Assembly (NCBI GenBank): GCA_964234715.1
Contig: OZ174280.1
DNA from: Podarcis melisellensis
Lineage: Eukaryota
Length of the DNA: 64,000 bases
Strand: one strand, 5' to 3'
Below the pieces are notes generated by a model. It saw only the letters and a program-made list of their open reading frames with translations, was not told the DNA's origin and searched no databases. Shown piece by piece: positions 41,001-52,894 of the stretch (the first letter of the stretch is position 1; each line of letters opens with the position of its first letter). A program made the position numbers and the translations under genes.

Positions 41001-44000
41001 GCCCAACAGTAGCTTTACACTAAACACCATTGATGCAGAATCTTCAAAAACACCCCTCTAAATACAAGCACACACTTTTTCATATATGCATATGGAAAAA
41101 ATGGTCAGCATCCCTTACTGTCCCAAACTGGCATGAAACACAAGTATTAATTTATGTGTTCATGGCAATTTTCTCTAGTATAAATAGGACTAAAATATTG
41201 TATGAACACTAAAGGCCAAGTATACAGACAATTAAGTGCTTTGAAATTGCTTTTATAGCATCACAGGCAATTGCTTCAGGAGGGTTTCCAATGCAGACTC
41301 TAAAAGGACCCAATTTCCTAAAGAAAGAAATGTCTAATGCATTTCACTTTCAATATGGTGTAATAATAAAACAACATGGGCAGATCGTGAAAGGTGTAGG
41401 GATTCTGTTGGAATATTATTTTGTTGTGTTCATTCAAAGGTATAACTGAGCCGTTGAATCTGTCTACTTGAGACATGAGGTAAATGGTTTTGTAAGACAG
41501 TGAAGAAAACACAATGATGAAGATATAACTGAGGATATAAACACCCTACAGAAAGTTTTACTGGGCCAGTAGGATGGGGAATAATCTTGACATAATCTCA
41601 AAATATGAGATACAACATCCATGTGACAACAATTTGCAGAAAAGGCAACAGAAATCCAATAGAACAGCATCCTTTTTGTAACTTCTGGTACAGCAACCTA
41701 GATTGTGATACAGCAACCTAGAATTTTCTGCAGAAGCAAATATCTTCCATTAGCTTGCATTCCATTCTACTCTTCTCTTCTTCACTGACTGAAGCATAGA
41801 GATTTATTGACTAAATCCAGGCTCCAACCAAAAGCTCTCCATAACCGTTTGGCTAAACAGATATCTGGATATAATTTACTTAACTTTCAACTGTGAGAGT
41901 AATTTTATTTTATTTTTTTAAAGCACAGGGCACTAAGCCCATAAGACAAAAACACTAAAAGGTTAGCAAACTCTGCAAACATTTTTGTGAGGGACACACA
42001 ACACAGTTTCCTTATCTTGCCCATCTATGCTGTGACTATTAGGAAATCCTAATGCTGGTGTGCCTGGTTTATGCTTCATTAATTTAGTTCTTCAGAAGCT
42101 CACAATAATTATATTGCATAGGAGGACAGATCATAAATGGGGCAGCAGGGCCAGAAAAGAAACTGAATACTGCATCAAAGGTTTCACTACTAAAAATGAT
42201 AAAGTCCAACCTGTCAATAATTTAAAGGGCTTGATTGCTGAACATTCCAGCTGATTAAGCTGATATAGCTGAGCTGTGTCTCTGTTCAGCCAAGTCACAA
42301 AGCGATCAAGCAGCCCAGAGAGCCTAACGACATTGCTTCAGTGTCAAACTCAGTTTTTTACCTTCCTTCCTCCAAGTGAGTTGCTGACAGCAAGAAAAGA
42401 GGTGACTGTACAGCAGGGAAAGAATGTAAATTGAAAAAGCAGTTCCTGGACAAGGAGAAAGCCAAAATGCAACCACAGCGCAAGAGGGATTGAGGCAGGA
42501 TGTGTGCATATTTGCTTTGTCAACTCAAGGTGACTTTGGCTATAAAAAGAAATTGTGGACAGATAAGGCGTGTAATGCATGAAATGGATGTCATTCGAGA
42601 GAAGCAGACATGCTGAAAATGGCCTGTAATATTATGGCAGCACACCCAAAGTTGACGGACCACTCAAGGGCACTACATTTATTTAGAAAAGGTAGTTCAG
42701 AAGAAAAATAGTAAATAAGGTTATCGAGGATTTTCATAGTTTCACCACCTCACACAAATCAGTACTGCTGCTTTAAGGTTTCCAGAGCCAAACACTTCAG
42801 CAATCACACCTGAGGGATAAAATCCTGGTAACTACTGCATATTGGTTACATGTATCACAACAGCATTGTTCTTCTTACTAGTACGTTTTTAGGAGGGTTT
42901 TTGTTGTTGTTGTTGCTAGTCACACCATTCTTCAGAACAAGGTACAGTATAGCTATTTTGTGTAGCTGAATTCAAGGTGGTGTTGCGTTTGCCCCTCTGC
43001 ATTCTCATTTTAATTCTTTAAGAGCTTTCAAATAATTACATTTTAATAAGACCTCTAGAGAGGCCAATGGTGCAACCCATCCCCCGCAACTGAGGATCAT
43101 GCTGTAAGATGGAGTGCAATTTCCGCTTTTGAAACTCCCCCCCCCCCCCGCCGAAGTCGAAACAGATCTTGACTTCAAAGGATTATCACACTCAGTAAAA
43201 ACATAAAGGACATAAATTGGAACCATCTCCAGCAAGGCAGGAAATGGCTTTCATCACTACTATGGTTTCAGGGGTGCAGCAGCTCCTGTTCTTGAAGCAG
43301 AAACATTTCTCCCCACCACCACCAAGAAATGAACTTAGGTTCTAGGGAAATAAACACCAGGGGGCAGACAAAAGAAAAGACACATTTGGGGAGCAGAAGT
43401 ATTTGCATATTGTGTAAACCTATATAGTACAGTGAAGCCAGCTTAATATTTTCAGGTCACCAGGGAAGCACAAGATGTTGCCTCTGCCTTTACCAGAAAA
43501 ACATGATCGCCAGAAAACAGCACTTCTTTATAGCAGATGTCCAAAAAAGGGATGGCATGTCAAAGGAGCTGCCTGAAAAGGCAAATTCCTGCCCAGTCCA
43601 GCACCAATCTGTATGTCTTTAGACAGAAAGCTCAAATGGTGGTGCAAGGAAACCGGAAGCTTGACAACTCCTCTCATGTACTTACTTGTGCTATCAATCG
43701 TCCTTCAAGCAATATTCTGGAGCCATGAAGTATGAATGAGTGGGAAGAAATGCAGTTATAAAAGTTTTGCCCCAAACTGCCATGAGATTTAAAATGCATA
43801 CCTCATGACTAGGGCTGTGCACAAGAAAAAAAAATGGCCTTGGAACCCACCTCTCATTGGCTCGGACTGGGGGTTGCCTCGGCTTGGTGGCTTGGCTTAA
43901 CATCGCAGTTCGCCTCGGATCCAAGGCAGAGGGTCGCCTCGCCTCATTTTCCGAAGCACCCGATGTCTTCCCCATTGACTACAAGGGGAAAATCAAGAAG

Positions 44001-47000
44001 ACCTATATTTTGGTAGAATTGGATGACATTTCCATTGTAGTCTCTTCTGAGGGGATGAAGCCTACCAAACCGAGGGTGGTGGTTATATTTTTTTTTTTTA
44101 AAAAAAGAGGTGTCATGCCTGTCCCTGTGGTTTTGTGGGTGTAGAGGTGCCCTTGCACCAAAGTGAAAAGCTGAAGAAGAAAGGGCTGATGTGAGCATAA
44201 AGCAAAACTTGCATGTCTAGCATTCCAAGTGAGCACCAAGGCCCACAACACCCCCCACCCCCAGTCCTGGCATAAGAGGAGGGCAGGAAGCAATGCATGC
44301 ACCTTTACCAGCAAGCCTGATAAGAGGAAGGCAGGCAAGGGGGCTAGCAGACACTTCTGGAGACAGTGAGAAAGAGAGAGAGGAAGGAGCAAGGTGCATG
44401 CCTTCACAAGGCACATTCCTCGAATCAGTGTGGAGACACCATGCTGGAGAAGAGTGACTGCTTCAAGTTCGGAGTTGACATAGCGCACTGAAAGAACGGC
44501 AGGCAGAGGCAGCAGAAGACAAAGGTAACACTGAGTTTAAATATCGATGTGTGTAAGACCTGGCATGTTCAGTGTACCAATCACCAAGCCCCACAAAACA
44601 ATTCTTGCATGAGGTAGAAAGTATTCCAACAACTAGAGCATATATGCTGCAACCTGCACCAGTGCAGAGTGTGCTGCCTGTCAACACTTACCTCCTTGCC
44701 CCAAGAACCCAACACTGCTTGGGTTTCCTGGCAGTGATGCTGCTGAAGTCACCAGCCTCCCCACCATGTTTTCACTTGCAGGCCAACCCAGCAGTGACAC
44801 TGTAATGGGCAAGGAGCAGAGCAGAACAGAGCAGCTGTTTGGCTCCCAACATGCTACAGTGCTGTTGTCACTGGATAAGCCAGCAAGTGAATTGTGGTGG
44901 GAGAATAGTAGCCCATTACATTGTGGCTGCTGCTGTTGCTGCACATACATCCTGACTTGTGAACACAAGTGGGAAAGATGCAAAAAGGGTATTCTCCACC
45001 CCAAATCTAGAGTGGAGTCTGTCAGAGAACGAATCAACAAGCTGAAACGCCTTTACCAAATGCACTAGAGAAATGCAGCAACATTTCCTTTGCTGGGATG
45101 CTCAGGTGAGGAATTCTTCCTATATCCCTCCCAAAAGTACTGTGATTGGAAGTAAAAGGAGGAGCCTGGTAAAATTTCCTAATTGGAAGCTCGAGCTCTC
45201 AGTTGTAAAACTCCTCTTCTGCCTGCCTGCCTCCTCACTTGCCTGTCATCTTCTATTGATAAAGAGATTGAGGAAGCTTACAAAACACATTTGAAGGCCT
45301 CTGAGGTGGTTCCAATGACTTGGGTGGCCACCTCAGATCCCAAGGGGGTCCAAATATCCCAGAGGTGGGGATCCTCAGCATAGATGAGGCACAAGTCTGA
45401 GGTGAATGCACAGCTCCACTTATGCCTTTTTATACAACTGTCAGCTGCACATTTTGACCTGCACAGTGTGTCAGAGTAAAAGAGAATCTGTATACCAAAG
45501 CGAATTTTAGTTAACATTAGCAGGAATGATTCTGCGAGATACTATAACCAGTGGAAGGCAAAAGTAAGTCTGACCCACTAGGCATTTTATATTTCAAGGC
45601 CAGAGACCTTAATGTATTACTGGCAGAAACAAAGCATACAAGTCTTAGTTACAATCAAACTGTGTACAGACACACAGAGTGAACAGTCTGCTTGTAACAG
45701 TAAGCCAAACCATAGCTAAATGTGGATAAGCAAGTGTGCAGGGACACAGAGCAAAAATCACCACCATTTCTTTCCGCTCCTGCTTCTGTTGGTGCCACAC
45801 TACCTGGAACTAAGCTGTTGTTTGGCTTAGTGTTACGTCTGAACGCAGGCTCACAGGTTGTTTTCTGCAAACAAACCATGCATGGTAAGCCAAGAGGAAC
45901 CTTGGCGGCAGCTTGTGGTTCGTTTGGAGACATGGAAAAACTATAACTGACTGCATTTTCCCAGACAATGTACAGGCAGTGGCTTCTCCATGTCCATATT
46001 GCAATTTTACATGCAGGTGCTGTGCAATAACGGAATCTGTTGTATCTGTTTTCTTTTACCATTCATAACATTTACTAATAGCTTTCCCATTTAGAAACCT
46101 AAAGCATTGGATGCATTTATACAGTAAGAACTAGTTTGGCAAAGACATGGTTTTTGGCATGTTACAGCAGTGGGTGCTTTTCTTAGGCAGCAATCATATA
46201 TTACACACAAGTAATCCCAACTGAGCTCAGTGGGACTAACTTCTGAGTAGACATGCACAGTACTGCATGGCCAGGGCTTGTGTCCACTTTTGCCTCTTAC
46301 CCCTATGGCAAGAGCACCAAGAAAAAAATCCCTTCAAGAAAAATCCCTTCAGGAAAAGCCACTCTCCAAATTGTGTCTGAAGTGATGTCACTAAAGCAGG
46401 GATGAACTTCTGTATACTCGGTGGCCGCTGTATTTCTAACAGTTGGCTGGGCACTGAGAGCACACGTTGCTACATAAACTGATACCCTCACCCTGCTTCA
46501 TAATAAAATGGTATCACCCTAAAGGAGTAAGAGCCTCAGAGTTATGAAGCATACAAACTCAGGAGGCATTTGCAAGGCACTGCATACAAAATTCAAGAGA
46601 AAATGCAACATGAAACCGGAATGTTTATCTTGCAAGCTGGGAAACATTTCTATTTTCTGTGCAGGTGAAGTTTTGGGCAGACTTTTTAGAACACTTTAAA
46701 TTTTGGTATATCCACCAACTCCCTGTCACCCAGCTCTACCTGATCAACTAATCCCCAAGAAGGCTGTGAAAGTCCTGAACCATTGCCTGGATGCAGAGAT
46801 GGATTGATGTGGGCAACAAACAGGCTCGATCCAAGCAAGACCAATGGTTCTTGTAGTCAGCAATCTGATCTGGACTACAGTCTGCTTTGGATGGGGATGT
46901 ACTCTCTCCCACAACTTGTGTGCTTTAATGGATTTGGCATTGGTCCTCGATTATCCGGTTGCTGCTATGGGCTAGGAATGCCTTTGACTGGTGCACTAGC

Positions 47001-50000
47001 TGTGCCCCTTCCTGCAGAAGATGGATCTAGCTATAGTGATGCATGCTTCAACCAGCTGCCATTTAGTTACTGCAGCATGAACTGTGTGGGGCTGCCGGGT
47101 TTGGAAACTGTAAAAGGTAAAGGTAAAGGTACCCCTGCCCGTACGGGCCAGTCTTGCCAGACTCTAGGGTTCTGCGCTTATCTCACTTAAGAGGCCGGGA
47201 GCCAGCGCTGTCCGCAGACACTTCCGGGTCACGTGGCCAGCGTGACGAAGCTGCTCCGGCGAACCAGCACCAGAGCAGCACACGGAAACACCGTTTACCT
47301 TCCCGCTATACAGCGGTACCTATTTATCTACTTGCACTTGAGGGTGCTTTCAAACTGCTAGGTGGGCAGGAGCTGGGACCGAACGACGGGAGCTCACCCA
47401 GCCGCGGGGATTCGAACCGCTGACCATGCAATCGGCAAGTCCTAGGTGCTGAGGTTTTACCCACAGCGCCACCCACGTCCCAGTTTGGAAACTGGAGCTG
47501 GTGCAAAATACTGCAGCCAAATTGTTTTCTGATGTGCACGGCACAGACCACATTCACTCTGTTTTATACCAACTGCATTGGCTTCTGATATGCTTCTGGA
47601 CACAAATCAAGGTGCTAACCTCTAAATCCTTAGATGACTTGAGGCCAGGATATCTGAAAAGCCATCTCTTCCCATAGGAGTGTACAATCATCTTCTAAGG
47701 CCCTGTCGCATGGTTCCACTGCCTAAAGAGGTGGCTACAGGAGACAGGGCCTTTTTTGTGGCAGTAACGAAATGGTGGCCCTCTCACCAAGGGAGGTAAA
47801 AATGGCTTCTCTCTACTTATTTTCAGGGGGGCAGTAAAACGGTTTCCATTCTGCATGGCTCTGAATTTTTAGTATGCAGAGGTTTTAATGTGTTTTCTTA
47901 TCTGTTCTTAATCTGGTTTATAGCCTAAATCTGGTTTTGTTTTTGAATACCATCATAAGAACCCTGTAGGGATGAAAGGCGGCTTATAAATATTTTTATG
48001 AATAAATAAATTCCCAATAGCTAGTAGTGGTGTGCATGCATGAATGGTTAATCTAAGACCAACATTTTAACAATGACTTACACTATTCTAATATTTTCTG
48101 AGGGGCACCTGTTAATCTGTTGCAGCAAAAAACCCCAGCAGAGTCACGTGACAATCCAAAATTATGCTACTATGTACAGAAGGCGGAAAATAAATGAAGA
48201 ATTGTTCATACCTTCATCTCCTCTTCCATTTCTGAGAGCTTCCGCTCCAGAGCTCGTTTCTCCTGTTTAAAAAATATTTTCACAATTACCATTTTTTGTG
48301 TAATTTTTCTACATGAAAATGTACGCTATGGCTGTATTTCCTTCAGTGAAGAAAAATGTATCATTAATAGCATTAATAAGGTTGTCAAACATCTCAAGAC
48401 TTACACTAAGAACAAACAATGTCAAAAAACCTCTTCTTGGTGTGTTCCCGCAGCTCATCTCCAACCTCTGCACCAGGGATAGGGGAACAGATGTTTTTGA
48501 ACTTCAACTCCCTTAGCCCTAGAGAGCATGGCCAATGGACAGGGATGAGAGGAGTTGTAATCCAGAATCTTAAGGGTCACCTGTGCTCTATACAGGCCCT
48601 TTTGCTGTTTCCTCCTGCAGCTCTAGTCTAGCCACAACTACCTATCAGCTCCTTTCACCTAACAGACAATCAATTGTCTTGTAATTAGCTTGATAGGAGC
48701 CAGTGGGGTCATTGAAAAGAGCTCAGTTTTCAGTCCCAGCCTATGGATAGTGGACAGTTTGAATTGCACCCTGAGGATACTTAATTTAACTAGTTTGAAA
48801 GCTGCATACTGGACGTACCATTTCCCAAACGAACAAAACTGGCATAGCGCCATCTTACTACAGCAGATAGGTGGTGTCCCAGGTTACTCTCTCTTATTTA
48901 TCCTCTGGCTGAGAGTTCCAAGTGCAAAGAAAAAACCTCTTTAAAAAGAACACACACACCATACTGGAAAGCGTTAGACAAGAAGGCGAGAATCAATGGC
49001 ATTGAGCCAAGATGGCTACAGGAAACCTCTATGTTCCAAGGCAAGAGGCACTGAATACCAGTTGTTGGTGGATAATAACATGGGGCAATTGTTTTCAAGG
49101 CAGTAGCACACCTGATCCACTTTGCTGCTAAGTACCGAGATGAAAAACGGGAGTGGGGAGGTGATTGTAAGGTTGGTCCAGTGCAAACACAGCAACGAAG
49201 CCAACCCAATGCTCCTGTTGGCTTTGTTGCCACCTCCCTCTCAGTTTGCAGCAGCAATGCATGCAACCAGAAGCCAGGTGAGTGCTGCTTTCACTATGGG
49301 CCACCAAGAACTCCAACTTCAATTGTACCATTCATCCTACATCTTACAAAGCTCTGTTTTAGGGTCTCCGTTAAAAAAAACAAAACCCAAATGCAATATT
49401 TTCAGGAAAAAACAAGCAAATAATAAACAAAATCAAAACGGGGCACTGAAACCACAAACGATTTACTGTTTTCCAAGGAAAGTATTTGGAAGGTATTTTA
49501 AGAACTTACATGCCAATAAGCCCAAGAAGAAACAGAGCTTTGTATTGGATAAAGGGAATTCAGTAGCACAAACATAATATGCTTACATACTAAGCTTGTT
49601 ATGTGTTCATCTTTAGATTTAAACTTTGCTGGAATTTAAGTATTTTTGGTACTCATCTTCGTAATAAACTTGCACATTTTAAATAATTGTAATACAAAGA
49701 GTTAGTGTATTTTGATAACTTATGATAAAATTGACTCTATTCAATCTCATGTTTTCAAAATATAACCACAATCAATGGAACGTCTCTAATCAACTATATG
49801 ACATCAACAACCATGCTAGAACAGTAAGTTCTGGGCTTCATTAGTGGTGATTTATCAAACCGTGTATCTTATTATGCCACGATGCCGAAATGAACAGTTT
49901 TATAGTTAACAAAAATGCTGTAAACAAGTATGAGAAGCCAAGGAGATCAGGGTTACCCAAGGATTCTTGAAGGAGGAACAGAATCAGCTTCCTGTAGTGA

Positions 50001-52325
50001 TATTTCTCTTTTAAAATGAGTATGCATTCTAAAACCATGCTAAGTTTTAAGTAAGTGAACACCAAAAAGCAGAAACACATACCCTCTTTTCCATCTCAAG
50101 CATACTCGAACGGTCAGAGGTTTTTTCTTGCTTCTGCTATTGAAATGAAAAACCAAAGTTATCACAAAAGTAGAAAGTATTACAAAGAAATCCTTTCCAA
50201 ATAAAATCAGAATTCTTAAGAAACCAAGTGATATAACATTACAGCACAACTGCTTCTATTTTATCATTTGTCTGAGAAGCAGTGATAGCCCTCCTCAAAT
50301 GCTATTAACTCCTTATCACCAGGGCCAAACATTTGTTTCCGTCTGGCTGCAATTCCAGTACATCCCATTTCCTAGGTCTCTTCACCTGGGCTATTTTGTC
50401 AATTTTTGTCTTGATATCAACGAGTTCCAACTGAGCATCTTGCAGTTTTGATTTCAGCTTTTGATTTTCAGACAGGGCACTTTCATAGAGCTGGATAGAA
50501 AAAAGAGAAGTGGAGTTAACTCACAGTATCATCTACTGAAACATCAACAGTCATATAATGCAGTTAAATAGATGCCCGTCCTGCTGGTTTCAGACCCTGG
50601 AGACCAGATTTTACCACAGCCATATTAACTGTAACTCATTATCATCAGGTATCCTCTCCAATTTATTGTAGAATAGGAAGTTAAACAAACAATGCAGAAA
50701 AATTCTCGTGCAAACTCCTGTGTATATTTGCTTTAAAAACAACAACTCTCTTTCATGGGAACCCTAGTGCTCCTTGGAAACTTATCAGGTATTCCTGAAT
50801 TAGAAGACTGGTAATGGCAAACAGGTTTCCCTAAAAGAAGCTGAACAACTGATCCTGCCCAGCCTCAAGAGAGATCTAATCATTATTCCAGAGTACATCC
50901 TTTCCGTTCATGTGAAATGAAGGCAAGGTCCAATAGCGCTCCATAGAAGAACCTGAAAATATGCCACACTCAAGGATTCCATGTAGGCAAATCCACCAAG
51001 GAAAGGGTCCCCTAAACGTGTGAATGCCACTACTCTGTTAACACAATGAATCCAAATCTGAAGTGATGCACAGCACTCCGTTCAGGTCACTTCTACTGCC
51101 TTTTCAACTATTACTACTAACATTAAAGCAGATCTTGTGTGGAAACTGCTACAAATAGAAGCAAATCCATTCCTGCCCAGCACCAACTCAACAAGCAATT
51201 GCACCAGAAGGCACTGTGCACTTTCTGCTCCGTAACATGCAAAACGGCAGAACATTTTTTAGCAACTGAAATAATGGTGATCTTCCAAGTGACCTATTCA
51301 GAAAGTTGGATGTTTTCTAAGACACTTTCCAGAGATCTGTACGCCATCTCGAGTTTTACAGTGCAACAAATCCACGTTTTACAGATGTGAAAGATTGGTG
51401 ACCTGCCCAAGGCTGCTCAGCACACCTATGGAAGAGGCAGTGGGTAGAAACACAAATGTACCAGTGCCAAGTCCTGTTGAATGCTCTTAATTCTCCTCAT
51501 TCAACTTGCTCTCTCAGTGGATCCTTATTTGTCTTTAGCAGGCTCTTTGTTGGGACTATGCTGTATTGGCATTTGTGCATATATATTTTTATTGTTTTTC
51601 TTTTCCTTTCCAACAGAGTCTAGCTTTACATGAAATTGCTGCTTATTTGATTAATGAGGGTGGGGGTGGGGAAGAAAGAAGGCCCGAAGGCCTGTCCTTT
51701 TCAATTACTCACTCTTTTATAATCCTTGCTACTGTCATCCTCCGTCCGGCTGCTGAGGGCAGCCAGGCGATTCTCTCTTCTGGTGTAGGCACTGCGACCA
51801 GAGGGCCGGTCCCCGTAGGCATCGCTGGTGCCAGTACTTGAACTTGCTGCATCCAACCTGGCATCAAACATGATATAAAAACAGCTTCACTCACTTTAAG
51901 ACCACTTACAGACTTGTATCTTTCTCAATCACTATTTTTCAAAGTTTTAGTGTTTGGGTAATTTAGGGGGGGGAGTAGGAGAGTTGCAGAGAGATACCCT
52001 ATTATATGTGACAAAAAAGTGTTCTCCCATAAATACTTTCCTGTAACTCAAATGTGTGGGAAAGATAAAGGGGGCAGAATCTTCAAGTAAATAGAAAAAC
52101 ATTTATATGCTTTTGCTGCTCACTGTTAAAACAAACTTAGTTTGGGGAAAGGAAATCGAGTTCATATTATGTAAGGGGTGCCTACTAAGTCACTAACAGG
52201 TTATCAGGATTCCTGATTCTAGCTTCATAAACTGTTTAGAGAAAAATGCTGGGAAGAAACATATAGAAATGTATGCTTTAAGAAAAGCAGACATTCTGAA
52301 TAGCTTACCTGGAAAGCCTCTCATG
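34982..52325 (-). CDS. PPP1R12B: Myosin phosphatase target subunit 2 / M21, 3' part of CDS: join of 52309-52325, 51713-51857, 50386-50490, 50083-50136, 48212-48262, then 34982-35068 (LZ+) or 40204-40338 (alternative tail); upstream exons not found in window
   Basis: Spliced translation HERLSRLDAASS...[28 protein letters not shown]...[45 protein letters not shown] matches the MYPT2 C-terminal coiled coil and leucine zipper; all phases are compatible. Confidence 0.95.
35908..36639. mobile_element. Tc1/mariner-superfamily MITE (TIR CCGTATTTTT...), TA target duplication, internal ~154-bp period duplication
   Basis: TA|ccgtattttttgctccataacac ... gtgttatagagcgaaaaatacag|TA; internal repeats ~36276-36350 and ~36429-36505. 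Confidence 0.8.
39204..39555 (-). mobile_element. Sauria SINE, full length
   Basis: Minus-strand head GGGACACGGGTGGCACTGTG, B-box GGTTCGAATCC, (ACCTTT) tail; flanking repeat aaaagcttta at 39194 and 39563. Confidence 0.9.
40204..40338 (-). CDS. PPP1R12B: PPP1R12B alternative C-terminal exon ([44 protein letters not shown]), HS-M21/MYPT2 B-type tail
   Basis: ctttgcag acceptor in phase 0; resembles the known alternative MYPT2 tail [33 protein letters not shown]; TAG at 40204-40206. Confidence 0.92.
   Translation of the reverse strand, partial: NLHQLKQIHTLRQMNEQLLAENRALTRVVARLSQSAETPESEEL
46740..48010 (+). mobile_element. Degenerate L2 LINE 3' portion, interrupted by a Sauria SINE
   Basis: Remnant LVQN.AA...LHWL....QIKVL...GPGYLK motifs; tail ggcggcttataaat...aataaataaa. 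Confidence 0.65.
47111..47481 (-). mobile_element. Sauria SINE, full length, 12-bp TSD GTTTGGAAACTG
   Basis: TSD at 47099-47110 and 47483-47494; (ACCTTT)n tail. Confidence 0.92.
48212..48262 (-). CDS. PPP1R12B: PPP1R12B exon ([17 protein letters not shown])
   Basis: 51 nt, aaacag acceptor and AAG|gtatga donor. Confidence 0.95.
50083..50136 (-). CDS. PPP1R12B: PPP1R12B exon ([18 protein letters not shown]), TAGCAG tandem acceptor
   Basis: 54 nt, caatag|CAG acceptor, AGG|gtatgt donor. Confidence 0.94.
50386..50490 (-). CDS. PPP1R12B: PPP1R12B exon ([35 protein letters not shown])
   Basis: 105 nt, pyrimidine tract plus ccag acceptor, CAG|gtgaag donor. Confidence 0.95.
51713..51857 (-). CDS. 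PPP1R12B: PPP1R12B exon ((R)[48 protein letters not shown])
   Basis: 145 nt, gccag|G acceptor, AGA|gtgagt donor. Confidence 0.92.
52309..52325 (-). CDS. PPP1R12B: PPP1R12B 17-nt microexon (HERLSR)
   Basis: Minus strand ttttcttttttctccctcttatag|CATGAGAGGCTTTCCAG|gtaagc; phase 0 to 2 fits the next exon. Confidence 0.9.
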
Positions 52326-52836
52326 CTATAAGAGGGAGAAAAAAGAAAACATGATTAGCAACAAAACAAAGATACCAGTGTTAACAGCTACTGAAGCCCG
52401 ACAATTGTGAAAGCGATTGACAAGTGACTGCACCATAAATCCAATGGGGTGAAATTGCTGCACCTTGTCTATAGGTTCATTTGAACCAACTTAAATAAAT
52501 TGAAAAACATTCAAGGCCAAGGGAAAATCCTGTTGTAAACATACATACATACATACAATCTCCATAAATTTTTTACACAGTTTACATGAAGGGGACCTTT
52601 ATTACTGTCCTACACTGTGTGTGTGTGTGTATTAATATATGTGATATATAAAAACTGATATTTGTAAAGTTCTGTTCTGAAGGATTGTATGTATTGTGAA
52701 TTAAACCCATTTCATGAAGATGAGCTCTCATCATCCTTACATGGATAAATGCAATAAGTGGATTCATATTCATCCAAGTAATCCACACAATAAGGGTGAG
52801 TGGAACATTCATAACTAGACATACACACTATTTTTT

Positions 52837-52848
52837 GTAGTAGTAGTA

Positions 52849-52892
<44 letters not shown>
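52837..52892. repeat. (TAG)n(TAA)n compound microsatellite
   Basis: Seen directly. Confidence 0.95.
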
Positions 52893-52894
<2 letters not shown>

